A stretch of 62,956 bases of DNA, counting the filler, from Atractiella rhizophila (taxonomy: Eukaryota): the NCBI GenBank assembly GCA_021432655.1. It is 16 parts of 16 records of this genome, joined end to end, with 100 filler letters (N's around TTAATTAATTAA, not from the genome) between each part and the next. Parts side by side here need not be neighbours in the genome. Positions count along the whole stretch, not along the records: positions 1 to 4,160 come from MU272482.1; positions 4,261 to 8,399 come from MU272483.1; positions 8,500 to 12,629 come from MU272484.1; 13 more parts are not named here. The stretch is one strand, 5' to 3'. Shown here piece by piece: positions 1 to 12,629 of the stretch. Within the stretch, counting starts at the first letter, position 1, and each line of letters begins with the position of its first letter. The position numbers were made by a program, and so were the translations under genes. Under the pieces are notes generated by a model. It made no database searches and was not told the origin of the DNA. It worked only from the letters and a program-made list of their open reading frames with translations.

Positions 1-2792
1 AAAGCGGCAGACTTGATTGAGAACGGTGACTTGTATCTTGGAGAACATTTCGCGTTCGTCATCCCAGATACCTCCCATCCTTGGTATCATTGACCCATGG
101 ACCCCTGCAGGTCACTAACAGCTCGTCTTATGAATCGCGTCATCGATAATTTTAAAGCGCAAGTGAAAAGCATAGAGCAGCGACAGGATATGTCTCCTAC
201 CGAATTGGTCCGATGGTTCAACCAAATGCTGGACAACATTCGTTCTCGTCATCGAAGGCTGCTTCGGTTTGCGCGCAATATGTTGCAACGCTTTGAGAAC
301 TCGTCTGAGTATAACCTTGCGGAGGTCGATCTGAACCTCTTCATGAACGCTTTGCAGGAAAGTAATCACTTCTTCGTCTACACCGGCACCTTCGAGAAGA
401 ATGGCATGTACATTATCGGATCACCATCTCTACAGGAAAATTCCAAGCTGGTGGAGCAGATTTTGACCAAGTGCTTCAGTCACGAAACGCAGATCGGACT
501 CAGGAGGCAAGCCGAAGTTGAGGACGAATATGGAGTGGAGATGGGGCCCCAAGAGCAGCCGCACTACGTCCTCCTGCTGACTCCCAGAGAGCGCTTCTAT
601 TGGTTGGGAACAGTCATGAACCTCGAGATTCCTTCCACTGATTACGACCTGCATGATAAGCGAGTAAGGCTCGTCAGCGATGGACCGATGGCTCGACTTT
701 CTCGGAGCAAAAATCAGTTCTTGAGCATGTTCCCTCACTTCAAAAATAAGAACGTGGTAGAGAACAAGGCGCATCTATCAAGGATCGCTAAACAGCTGAA
801 GAGAATCAGAAGATCCGCCAATCGACTATCTGAGACAATTGTCACTGGTTCTGCCTCAGTGGAGGAAGCGCTTCAGAAGAGTCAAAAGCCCAATACATAC
901 GAAGGGGTTATGACCAGCTACTTCACTTTCGCTGCCGATCTTGGCACACGATCCGTCAAGCACATGGACCTCAAAACCAGGAGCAATTTCAATCTCCGAC
1001 TAATTCGCTTAGCGATCCAGTGGATCTCCTTCATTTGTGATGGTTGTCAGCCAAGTGATCCTCGAACATTCAAATGGGCGGTTACGGCTCTCGAGTTCGC
1101 CAAATCAACGACCAAGGGTGACAACATCATGAAGCTCAATAGTCAGGAGTTTAGCGTACTTAGAAGCAAAGTGGCTGACTGCATGACGCTCCTCATCTCA
1201 CATTTCGACATCATGGGGGTTCGAAGCGGCTACGAAAACACGAGGAAACAGGAGATCATGGATGACGTGCTGCAAGAAGCGAAGCGGCAAGTTTCAGAAC
1301 GACTAGCTCTCATCAACTCGAAAGAAGTCGTGCGCCATGGTCGTGATTTAGAGCCTTTGAGCGTACACAGAAATCGATTTTTGAAAGCTCTGGAACCGTT
1401 GGAAGAGTTGAGGCGGGAGAGGGGAGAAATGAGCCAGACTGTCGGAAAAGTGCTTGACTATCGCCCTGAAGACCATAGCCTTCTTCTTCTCGCAAGCTCG
1501 AGCTCGAACATCAATATAAGGTGGCAACAAGGCAAGTTTATTGGTGAAGGAACCTTCGGCAAGGTTTACATGGCAGCAAATCTCGACACCACGGAAATCA
1601 TGGCAGTAAAGGAGATTAATTTCCGGGACACCACGTCTGCTAACTCAGTCATCAACCAAGTTAGAGATGAGATGACTGTGATGAGCAAGATCAAGCACCA
1701 GAATATCGTCGAATACTATGGAATCGAGGTTCACCGTGACAGAGTCTATATATTCATGGAATTTTGCTCCGGTGGCAGCCTGGGTCAGATATTGGATCAT
1801 GGTCGACTGGAGGATGAGGAGCTCATTCAAGTCTACGCCTATCAGCTCGTTGCTGGTCTCGAGTACCTCCATGAGCATAACATAGTACATCGAGACATCA
1901 AACCTGAGAGTACGTCTCGTATTTCACGCTATGATTATTCTAATTCTTTTGCCAAGATATTCTACTGGATCAAGGAGGAACAGTCAAATATGTTGATTTT
2001 GGGGCTGCGAAGGTGCTTGCCAAGAACTCGAAAACTTTGGCGGCTCGCTCTCGCATGCTGAACAACATGAATGTGCAAGCCAGAATGCCAGGGCAAGAAA
2101 GGGGAGGTGCCATGAAATCTTTGACCGGAACGCCGATGTACATGAGGTGAGACTGTTCTACTTTGACGGCGACTTTATTGTGACATCTCTGCTAGTCCCG
2201 AAGCTATCAAGACATCGAATACAGGACGCATGGGCGCAATGGACATTTGGAGTCTAGGCTGCGTTCTTCTGGAATGTGCCACCGGAAAGCGACCTTGGTC
2301 CAACCTCAATTTCGACAACGAGTGGGCAATTCTATGGCGTAAGCTTTGCCTTACAATCTCTTTCCTCCTTGAATTTGTGCTTTAGATATTGGACAGACGA
2401 GTGATCATCCACCATTACCTGAACAAGGTCAACTTTCAGAAGAAGGGATTGACTTTATTCGTCAATGCCTCACCGTTGACCCCGAGAAGCGACCTACAGC
2501 CACAGAGCTTCTCGCACATCCATGGATTGGAGTGTTCCGTGACGCGATGGAGGAACGATACGAGCTGGAAACATTGGGCATCTCATCCATAAATACACTC
2601 GTAGAGGACAACCCTGAGTATGAATTGGAAGAGCTGAATACTGCTCTTCCTGCGCGCCACACGATGAACTTCAGGGGCCTCACCTCACTTGAAGAGGAGG
2701 AAGATGAGGATGACCGGGAAGGCAAAGAGCAGGGTTATACGGGTGATGAAGCCGACGAAGTGTCCGCCGCTGACGAAATAGACAAAAACTGA
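1..2792 (+). CDS. SSK2: MAP kinase kinase kinase of the HOG/stress pathway (Ssk2/Ssk22/Wis4 family), 5'-truncated, multi-exon
   Basis: Kinase motifs GEGTFGKVY, IMAVKEI and HRDIKPEN (intron 1910-1956), then DFG, GTPMYMSPE and DIWSLGC, ending at the stop at 2792. The long N-terminal region has the Ssk2-type WISFICDGCQPSDPRTFKWAVTALEF and CMTLLISHFDIMG. Further introns lie at about 54-110, 2147-2195 and 2339-2385. Confidence 0.93.
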
Positions 2793-3326
2793 GGATTCCT
2801 ATACTAATTTGTCTCTACTTTTTCTTAGCTGTACTCAGCCAACATTCAGTCGTTTTACTGCATAAATACGTTTGTCGATCTTCGCCCACCATTTGTCCTC
2901 TTTCTGTCTTGATTTCGTGCATTGTACATATGTATAGGCGAAATGATATCGTCTTCAAGTTAAAGCTGGTTGTTTATCCAACCAGATTATTGTTCAGCTA
3001 AGCTTCCTATTCCTAACGTTTCGACCTTTGGTTTGAGCAGGTTACACGGTTACTAGTCATGTACAGGAGATAGCAAATCCAGCATGAGCAGGACGAGCCG
3101 TACATAAAACATCTACATTTCTACTTAATAAGTTGTTGGTTTAAACTACTTTCAGTATTGCTCTCTGTGGTACACTGAGCTATTATCCTCGTTTGGAGTT
3201 ATGTGCAATTCATTCCATCGGCGTCCTTGCGGAGCAAAGATCCGCATAGACTCGAACTCGAGCTTGCGCGTCTTGATTACATGTGCGAATAAATACGTGC
3301 ATACCACGAACGGTCAGATTGTCACA

Positions 3327-4160
3327 ATGGGTCTTCACCTGGTTACACAAGAAATTGTCCCGCTGCTCCTTGATGCTGCGTTGATACTATCATTTCCATG
3401 GATCACATCAAGTTCAAAGATTCAACTTGTCCCCTCCTTCTTCTCCTCCGACTGGAGAGGGAAACTTCTTCTCGGTTTAAAATGCCTGACAACATTTGGA
3501 CTCTTGTTGACGTCGGTTCTTGTCTATCCTGGCTGCCTTCTGAACGAGGTCTTATTTTCCGTTCGTCTTCAATATTCTCGTATTCCCCAGTCCTACATAG
3601 TCATTGATTACAACATCACAGTTCATAATCGCCGTTCTCATCTATCAGACTCATTTCTACTCGATACGTTCAGCAGGCAGTGTTTCTCTCGCGGTTCTCC
3701 TCTCCGTCTTTTTGGACATCTGGTACTCTGTCGCGGCGCCACTATCTCTAACTCTGCTTGTCGTGGCCAAATGCGTACTCCTGGTGACTGAAAACATCTC
3801 AAAGAGGTTTCTACTAGAGCAACATGATGCCAAACTGGTAAGCAGTTGCTCCCGCCCGCAATACACTTTCTGAAAACTCGACCTGCTAGGCTGGAGCTCT
3901 TCCACCACTCTCAGCAGCTACCCCTCTATCTCGAGCTTTTGTCTGGTGGACTTTTTCTCTATTGAAGAGAAGTGCAAAACTCAATGAGCCTGTGAAACTC
4001 TCGGATCTCCCGGAAATTGACAGTTCCTTGTATGGATGCGACGATTACGACCGTGGACATTGGATTCTTGAGGTTGAAAGCGCGAAGTGAGCAATAATAA
4101 TTATGACAACCGTGCTAAGTCATTTATAGAGGGGGAGCTGTGCTTCTTCGCACCTTATTT
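3327..4160 (+). CDS. Probable N-terminus (TMD0 plus L0 linker) of an ABCC/MRP-type ABC transporter, cut by the contig end
   Basis: Several hydrophobic helices across short introns are followed by PLSAATPLSRAFVWWTFSLLKRSAKLNEPVKLSDLPEID. This resembles the ABCC lasso motif (A.xxSRxxFWWxxxLLxxG...LxxxDLPxI). After a GTGAGC..TAG intron the frame continues as KGGAVLLRTLF to the contig edge. Confidence 0.6.
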
Positions 4161-4260
4161 NNNNNNNNNNNNNNNNNNNNNNNNNNNNNNNNNNNNNNNN
4201 NNNNTTAATTAATTAANNNNNNNNNNNNNNNNNNNNNNNNNNNNNNNNNNNNNNNNNNNN
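4161..4260. other. Artificial contig linker (N44-TTAATTAATTAA-N44), first of 15
   Basis: Identical 100-nt linkers start at 4161, 8400, 12630, 16814, 20942, 25069, 29190, 33286, 37379, 41453, 45514, 49573, 53630, 57640 and 61645. The core gives stop codons in all six frames. Confidence 0.99.
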
Positions 4261-5721
4261 GTCGAACTCGTTGCCAACTCTAACCCTGAAACCCACTTGT
4301 TCAAATCGCCGTATTTGCCTGAGGACAATCCCCAAAACTTTATGATAGACCGAGCAACGATATAGGCGAAATTTTTTTTTTCTGCTGTTCTGTACCTGAA
4401 ATCTACTCACTCGTTAATCGATGTCATAAAGTAATAGGGAAAGCTATTGTACTTACTTCGGGCTAAAAGCCAATGAGTTGGCACCCTCCCTTTCCACTAG
4501 CACTCCTCTCTCGTAAAGGTACATTCCACAGCCACATATAAATTGGGTGAACTGTCTTTTGTCCGAATTTCACTGGGTTCGTCCCATCCGAATATAGGAT
4601 GATGGCACCAATGCACCCGTTGTGATTGGGTAACAAGTCCTGAGAACATTTTGAGTATGGTACTCTTGTGAGTGAATAACATGAAGAAGACTCACTTGAA
4701 GCTTCCACCAGCGCTTAGTAGTCCATAGCTCATCATATGCCTCACCTTGTGGAACGGTGGGTTCCCAGTCCTTTTGAACTTTTTGACAGGATAAAACTGC
4801 ATATGCTGGCGGGTAGAGTCGTCCCGAATCACTTCCTTCAATATCAATTGGATCTTGAAGAAATATACGATGTTGTATCACTTTCCATCAAACTCAGCCA
4901 AAATCAGGTGTTCTTGAAACTAACCGGCATAAGTCAATGCACCGTGTTTAATAAAACGACGCACCTCAGTGGTGACACTCATCCTATCCTTCTTGAGTGT
5001 TTCTCTAAGATCTTTGAAGGAGTCGAGTGTAAAGTGCGGTAAGCGTGCTTCTTGAGGTTGCGAAAGTATGCCGTAGTGTCCCGTTGTGTCATTCCTTGAT
5101 GAAAGACATGAGATCCCATATTAAAATCAGCTTCGGTTTTAAAGGGATGATAGGGAGATAATTCTCTTGTACTAGCGGATTTGAAAGGAGCGTGGTGGCA
5201 ATGGGACGAAAAAGGACTTGTAGAAAGTGAATCCGGATGAAGAAGCTGGAAATACGGGTCACCCAGTTCTTGTAGAATTGCTGTGTCCCATTCCTCATTG
5301 TCAGATAATGAGAAGGTTGGAGTGGAAACTGGATTGCATGATGAATATGAGCAAGGCAAGGTCGTTGGTATGGACGGATCTGGAGATTGGTAGGGTTGTG
5401 ATGCATTGAAAGCCTCTTCAATAAGTGCACATGTCAGTAGTGTATTCTTAAGGAAGCTGAAAATAAGTTGGAGACACGATCACGTTGGTGGTGAACCCCA
5501 GAGCAAGTGCCGTCCTTCGAATTATCCTCCTCATTATTTGATTCAGAACCATCTGAGTCAGGGATATCCTTGCTTCAATTATCAGCAATATGAAATTGGA
5601 GTGCACGATGTCTTTTAATGCCGCCTTTGGCGAAAGAAAACACTTTGTGGCAGTCGGGGCATTCTACTTTCCCAGTGGGTAAGGTTTTGATTGTGTTTAC
5701 TTTTGTGTTTTGAGGAGCCAT
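4261..5721 (-). mobile_element. Plavaka-type DNA transposase, 5' part, inactivated and cut by the contig end
   Basis: N-terminal C2H2-like finger CPDCHKVFSFAKGGIKRHRALQFH, followed by PFKTEADF, AYDELWTTKRWWKLQ, GAIILYSDGTNPVKFGQKTVHPIYMWLWNVP and KFRLYRCSVYHKVLGIVL. These blocks are typical of the Plavaka family. There is an in-frame TAG (IGF*PE) at 4463-4465. Confidence 0.85.
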
Positions 5722-5753
5722 GGTCGTTTGATGGAGAAATAATAACTTGTTTA

Positions 5754-5820
5754 TCATGACGAGAACAGCAGACGCGTCATGACGTCATTCTTGTTTACCT
5801 TCTTCTTATGGCTATAAAAG
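5754..5820. promoter_or_regulatory. Candidate bidirectional promoter with overlapping palindromes and a TATA box
   Basis: In the 138-bp gap between divergent ATGs (5721 and 5860): GACGCGTC 5771-5778, CGTCATGACG 5775-5784, ATGACGTCAT 5779-5788, TGTTTAC 5792-5798 and TATAAAAG 5813-5820. Confidence 0.5.
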
Positions 5821-5859
5821 CCCACAACTCTTTCTCCCCAGCACAACATTCAAGGGCAA

Positions 5860-7340
5860 ATGTCAGACCAAGAAAATAGACCACAGAGGAAAGATTACAG
5901 GGAGCTGTACAGGGCTCTGAAGTGGCAGGTGCGCCATTTCTTTTGTTCAACAAGGAAGGGAGTGGACGACATGTTTGTAGCGTAATGATGCATATCGAGA
6001 ATTGACGTTGCTACAAGAAGCTGTGGCAAGAGCAGAGGAAAATGAGCAGACCGGGGGAGAAGAACGTGCCCAAATGCAAGAAGAGCTTGAAGCAGTGAAA
6101 GAGCAGCTTCATTCAGATGAACCTCCCTCTAAAAGACGTCGCTCTACTTGGGTCATCCCTTCTGCACCTTCTAAACTAGCCAAAGTTCAAGCTTATCGTG
6201 ATGGCAAGGCAGCGGTGCTCCTGTACCATCCTTGGCCAACACATCTTGAGAGTGTCTTTGTTTGCCAAACGATCAGACACCTCAGAATATCCACAAGATG
6301 CGGAACCAGATGTGGTATCTGATGATGATGAAGGTGGAGAGGAGGAAGATAGTGAGGAGAGAAGAGATAGGCAGCGAAGGAATCAAGAATACGAGGTCCG
6401 TCGTCAGTACCGGAAGTCTGACTTCCTCAAATTCATCTTTGGGCAGCTTCCGCCTGAAGCTGTTCAATGGCACAACAGTGCCTGGTTCCAGAGTGAAGTA
6501 TTTACTTTCACTCAATGTAATGCTGCATTCTGATATTGAGCTCTAGGTACAACGCGGTCTTGCTGAACAGAAAAGCGACAATGCTCTTAGAATGCGCAAT
6601 AATCTTGTTGACATCTTCGAAATCAAATCTTCGACGTCTGCAGAACTGAAGATCCAAAAAAATCGTCAAGAAGATGAAGAAATCCAGCGACATATCAACC
6701 ACGAAAGTTACATTTACGCTGCTTACGAAGTCCCTGCTCAAGGCACTAGCTCACACCAAAAATCAATCAAGGCTGCTGCATATCTTCGTTCCCCAGCTCT
6801 CTTCAGAGTAAGAATCCCTTTTGTCCCAAGCAACTGCTGATTACAAATTGAAGATTGCACGCATCATTGTTCACGGACCTGCCACGATCACAAGTGTAAA
6901 TCGTTGTGCTCGCGGAGCAACCACGGGAAGCAACCTGTCAATCCATCAAATAACAATTCCATTGATGGCTTATTCCTCCACTTTGGTATGTCCCCATCCA
7001 TGCTTAAAATAACACAATGTTCACACTCCAGAAGGCTCGATATGCGCTTAGCGGCGATGTAGCTTTTTCTGCCGAAGGGACAGTACCCATCAAACCGGGT
7101 ACAACAGAAGTCAACGACTATCGACAACATTTCGAAAGAACGGTCAAACTCCTCTCAACCATCCGAGCACAGCATGAGGACAAATTTACCGACCTTATCT
7201 CTATATGGAATATGGAAGTCTTTCCACAGGACAATGCTGAAAGGGATGCTTCCGTACCACACCATGGTACAAGCGACGCAGACATTTTAGAAGGATTTGA
7301 AGTTGACTTCAACCCGGAGGAGGAAGAAGTTGAAGAATAG
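5860..7340 (+). pseudogene. DUF6698-like transposon-associated protein, multi-exon, frameshifted
   Basis: The spliced product has an N-terminal coiled coil, then YLRSPALFRIARIIVHGPATI...ITIPLMAYSSTLARYALSGD...DYRQHFERTVKLL...LISIWNMEVFP. This matches the DUF6698-type pattern (FLRS...GPS...IAYAA..RFALS...WWN..VF). A frameshift near 6258-6265 coincides with a TTTG duplication. Confidence 0.65.
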
Positions 7341-8146
7341 AAACATCTCCTTACAAACACATAGCAAAAGTATTGTAGATAGCATATTCTTGTCTATTTT
7401 TATGTTAATATTATTCAATTTTGTGAATGAAAGATAGCTCATATCTCAAAGGAAGGGGACAACATGGGGATGAAAGAGTTAATTACAGTAATGGTTCTAT
7501 GTCCCGCTACACTAGCCATGAGTACAATGCTATAACACACCAACATATTCTTACTACCGCCCTCCCTCCCTCAGCCGAGGTACCTCATCTGGTTCCGTTT
7601 CGTATCAGCCGTTGTTGAATTTAATGATCATTAGTTGAGTGGCAGGAGTGCATCATGGCATTGACGAATGTACCAAGGACGGAGAGACGGATAGGGAAAC
7701 AGGATAGCTGGAGAGGGAACGACAGAGAGCGAGGAGACTGTTCTCAATGCAAACAGAAGTCAGTAACATTACAAATGCATACGACAATAAAATGATACTG
7801 CGAGCTCTGTTATTTCGGCAATGCAGTATGAGGAGCCATTGCTCTTAGCATTGTGCTCGAACTGGCAACGGACTCGAAGGGGAAGTAGCCTCTTGTGGGT
7901 TCTTTGCCAACTTTTGCAACATCAGACCGCAACTTGAACTGCAAGAGCTGGCCAAAATTATTGTCCCCAATGAAGGTGGACCTCTTTATCGCACCCATCC
8001 CTCCCTTGTTTCAACGGCGACCCTAGCGAGCGAAGAAAATCAGTGAACGATGGCAAACAGGTTATGGATTGAAAACACCCAAGTTCGAAATCCGGCCGCC
8101 GGTGGCAAAAGGAAGACAAAACCAAGCAGCAAACCGCCAACATTTA

Positions 8147-8172
8147 CTCTCTCTCTCTCTCTCTCTCTCTCT
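8147..8172. repeat. (CT)13 microsatellite
   Basis: Perfect CT dinucleotide run read directly from the sequence. Confidence 0.95.
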
Positions 8173-9059
8173 GCTGCATCTCACAGTCTCACGCTGTATT
8201 GACTTTGAATAATGAAATAGGTGGTTAGAGGATATAAAATTAGGCGGTGTTTGAGACTTGAACTGAGCAAGTGAGTGCTTTTGTCGTCTGTGTTTGGATG
8301 AAGCGAACTCTTCTGAGAGGAGAGGAATGTTAATGAACTCTGAATTTGAAAAGCTACGGAGTGTCACGTCAGATTTCAAGCACTCCCTGCTTATTTTGAN
8401 NNNNNNNNNNNNNNNNNNNNNNNNNNNNNNNNNNNNNNNNNNNTTAATTAATTAANNNNNNNNNNNNNNNNNNNNNNNNNNNNNNNNNNNNNNNNNNNNG
8501 AAATTCTCATCATTGCTTTGACTTTTTCCACTATCAAGCTTTCGAGCGTGCTTTCTAGGAGATCGACGAGGCGAACCTCCTTCATCCTCAGATGCATTGA
8601 GGGAGGGTGCAAAGCAGGAGTGATGTCTCGCCTCTGCGACTCTCTTAACTCTTCTAGCAACATCTTATTCCGTGAGGGATCTTCGAAGTGTGGCTCCTCT
8701 CTTTTAACTGCGAGCTTTCAGTTGAGCTTTCATGCTCGCCCATAACTCTTTTGTATGTCAAACATTGAGATTACTGATATTTTAGTTTGGTTGCACTCCT
8801 TCAGAGCTACTCTTCCTGGCGATTGCTTTTCACATAAATTTCACGAAGTCCTTATGGCTTCTCAGGCCCTCTTTTCCACACTTGTAGTTTGAAAAAGGAC
8901 GCCCACCGTATTCGCACTGCGAAGGATATTTAGAAGACAACTTGGTTCATATTGCATGGCCAGCCATCTCATGGCAGTGCCTCTTAATCCGTAATGTGTA
9001 CTTGTTTCGATTCCTAGTTCCCAGTTCCGAAATCGTTAGAGCTGGTCAGAGCAGCCTTT

Positions 9060-11790
9060 CTGTGCACGGGTTAACAAGGGGAAACCCAGGGGTTCGTGAG
9101 CTTGGAGGAGCTTCCCATACCCCACCCCGTACCCATGATGGGTGAACCCGTGCCACCCGCAGGTGAACCCCTACTAGTAGGGGGTGGGGAGGGTCAAGGG
9201 TTTGACGGATTCCCAATCTGTATACATTCCCTACTGAAAACTGACATTGATGGGCATACAAGATGGTCGAAAGAAGCTGTTTGAGTGGCTTGAATATTAT
9301 TACTGTGACCACAGAAGCCAACATGCCTCATATGACCCCATCACCACACAATGCATTCCTCAGAAGCCATCTATTCAGACTGGCTGTATAGCCAAGCCAA
9401 GGGTTGAGGCTCACAACTTGTAGTGGTTCATGGTGTTGGAAAGGAAGAGAGTGATAGTGGTAATTCAATGGTTATCTGTTGACTATTTTCATCAAGCCAT
9501 CTGCTACAAGAACTGCTTCACGTATGACATTGGCCCAGCATCATATATACTACCCTGTAATGAGCAGACTGCTGTCAAGCTACCAAAGGGGAAGAGTTCG
9601 ATGGAAGTGTGCACAAGATTGAACAAGATGGCTGTCCCAGATGATTCTGAGGACGAGGAATGGGAGCGGAAGAAACAAAAGGCAGAAAGCCACAGAAGCT
9701 ATGGTAGCCAAGGTCCCAAAATCAGCACCCGGAGATCCATCTACCTTCGAACAAGCCAGTTTCAAAGAAAGAAGTTGACCACTTCTTCCGGGAAATGGTC
9801 GAGTGGATTATTTGGAGAGATCATGCATGGATTGTTGTTAAAGAAAGTGAGCTTGAGCAAGCTATCAAGCTCCTGAAGCTATTGATGAAACTATAAGGTT
9901 CCACGATGGCAAGAAAGTGGGCTAGAAGAGTATATGATGCATTGAAGGAGCAGGTGCAGAAAGAGTTGGACGAAATGAATATATGTTCTTTTTACAATGT
10001 CAGTCATTGTCTCACTTGCCTTGAAGGAGGACGATAAAACTCACCTTGAGACTGACATCTGGACCAGTCTAGGACAGATGTACAGGATCATCGGGACGAT
10101 TGGGCACTATTGATCAAGACTGGAATCGAAAGTGAAGGGTCCTTCAAGCAACAGTGTTTCAAGAGTCACATAATGTGCCAATGTTGGCAAAGCAATTGAC
10201 AAAAGTTATCGCCAATTGTAATCTTATGAAGAAGTTTAGTTTGTTTTTATTGCCTTCATTTCACTTTTCCTGACAGTAGGGGCAGAGGAAATATCACTGA
10301 AGATTCCTGCTCTGTCAATCTCACTTCACTTCCTTTCCTTTCCACCCAATTAAAAGTACAGCACAAGACACTTTGGGACCCAGATGACAACCACCTTGGT
10401 ATGCAGCCCATGTCGTCAACCTTGTAGCTCAAGAAGCAATTGCTGCCACTGGAGTTGGACCTTTGTCTGATGAGATTGATGTCTATATGTTTGATAAGCA
10501 GTTGGGGGTTCTTGACCAAGATTATGAGGAAGCAACAGAAAAGCCAAAGGGGAAGGGGAAGGATAAGGATAACTCTGAGAAGAAATCTTTGGAGAATGTG
10601 GCCTTGGCTTGTGATTAGAAAGATTTTACATCGGCCTTAGTAAAGGTTGACCGATAGCAGCAAATACATAACCTATGAGGAAGGCTGGTCTGAAGCTGAG
10701 TCTGAGGCAACTCATATCTCTGCAAATGAGGAAAGCAATTGGGATACAGAACAACCTCAGCCCCTGCTTGTACAGAGAACTGGCATAATCAAGTGGTTGA
10801 AATGGAGTGTATGGGATAAGGTACATTGTTTCATTTCATCATGCAGCTTGATTAACTAGTAACATAGATTCTCAAAATCTCAAAGGCCATTCGGCAGACA
10901 CATGGACGATGGAAGGCATTCCTCAAGGTTTCACAGAAACACTTGAAGCCAAAGGATCAGAATCTTCGCCCGCTCACGAACAATACGACACGCTGGACTC
11001 TATGAACAAGACCCTTCTACGTGCTTTGAGATTGGGAAAGTTATGACATTGAGCTTGAGTATTGATCTGCCCAGTTAACTGATTATATACTCTCATTAGG
11101 CAATTCACCACTTTTATGATCTACACTGGAGAGCATTCTACAAGTATTATCCTACTGAAGAGGAATGGAAGAGCCCTGCTCATGAGATCATAGCCTGTCA
11201 TCTTGGGCACAGTCTTGACTTCTTCTGTGACAATTATGATGAATCAGCCTTCAGCATGCTGAGGGGATCTTGAAGAATGAATTTCAGCGTGTTGCCTCCA
11301 AAGCCACATTTGTAAATACCCCATGTCTGCCTCCTCAGCTTTTAATCTTGACATGGACAATGAGGATGAGGATGAGGATGATGACTTTCCGGCCAAGAAG
11401 AGGCCTAGCACCTCTCCCCAGTCCACTGCACCCATTGTGCCAGACCTTGAGAATGAAATCAATCAGTTCAACAGAACTGCCCAGCTAGGAAACAAGCAAT
11501 CTGCTCTTAAATGGTGGAAGGTATGTTTCTGCTTGGATTGAAATTGCCACCTCATGTTTCAGCACAGGAAAACCACCCTCTCTTTCCGACTCTTTCAAAG
11601 ATTGCCTGTAATGTTCTCACTATCCCTGCAACCTCTGCAGGTGTCGAACGGCTCTTTTCATGGGCCCGACATATTAACTCTGAGATGTGAATGGCAATAC
11701 AGGAGTGCACACTGGCTGAGACACTTACAAGCAAGGCTTGGATGCTATACAGAGTTGGGATCCCAGATGAATAGTGTAATTTAGGCATTA
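9060..11790 (+). mobile_element. Degenerate hAT-superfamily DNA transposon (copy 1)
   Basis: Broken frames carry HLETDIWTS (catalytic D region), (C>Y)AAHVVNLVAQ (CxxH), TTRW, ALKWWK and the C-terminal dimerisation motif PTLSKIACNVLTIPATSAGVERLFS. GC-rich subterminal-like motifs (ACGGGT, CCCGTACCC, GGGTGAACCCG) lie at 9065-9215. There are many stops and frameshifts, and the boundaries are approximate. Confidence 0.85.
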
Positions 11791-11866
11791 TAATGCTTAC
11801 AATCTAATGTGATTATAATTAGAGTAAAGCACACAGTGGACAAAGTGATCTTGATTAAATTATAGA

Positions 11867-12629
11867 TAGGGATGGCTGCCGAATTGTGTCGGATCCGGAA
11901 TGGGTCGATCCGTTTGATGCGATTCCTGAGCCATAATTGAATCATAGCTGCTATCGTAAGGTGAGGGAACTGTTCAGTCGATACGCCTTCGATTGGCTTT
12001 CCGGCGGGACCATTTCTATAGGTACAGGTCAGGCATATCATAATATTTATTACAATACATTGCAATATCACTAGCTTGTAAGCAGAACACCACAATCCTT
12101 AAACTTTTCCAGTCTAGCTTGCTTCTTGCTATCCTCCTTCAATTGCAATTCCTTCAACTTTCTCAACAATCTCTTCCTTCCCGGATTCTGGTCTAACCTG
12201 AGCTTGGCCTTTGCAAGGATGAGAATATGGATTGTGGAAGGCTTCAAGCGGTGTCTTCTGATGCCGATGGTATCACGTGCCACAAGAAACACCCACTCGA
12301 CTCCAACCGCACATCCTAATCCGTTGAAGCAACATCAGCATATGTTACTAAATCAAAGTGATGAGAAAAGTGTACCTGGGAAAGAGAGAACATCCCCATG
12401 CCATTCGAGACCAAGCAGGAAGCTGCAGGCCAGCTTGAACACTATACCACTCAAAGATATCCATGCTGGAATCAAGTTGAGGAAGGTGATGGGGCCATGG
12501 GAGCATAAACGCACCCTCCTTTCTCTTGCTGGTGTGAAGTCATATTTTCTTGGTTCCTTTTTCTTATTACTCAGCTTTTATGCTATAAAATAACTTCCCC
12601 TGCAAGTGTGAGACCCAGAGTTTTGATTG
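11867..12629 (-). mobile_element. 3' end of a second, different hAT transposon relic
   Basis: The minus strand reads DIFEWY...LPAWSRMA.DVLSFPG|CAVGVEWVFLVARDTIGIRRHRLKPSTIHILILAK (hAT dimerisation domain). A candidate TIR, TAGGGATGG at 11867, is followed by CGATCCG/CGGATCCG-like subterminal repeats. Confidence 0.75.
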
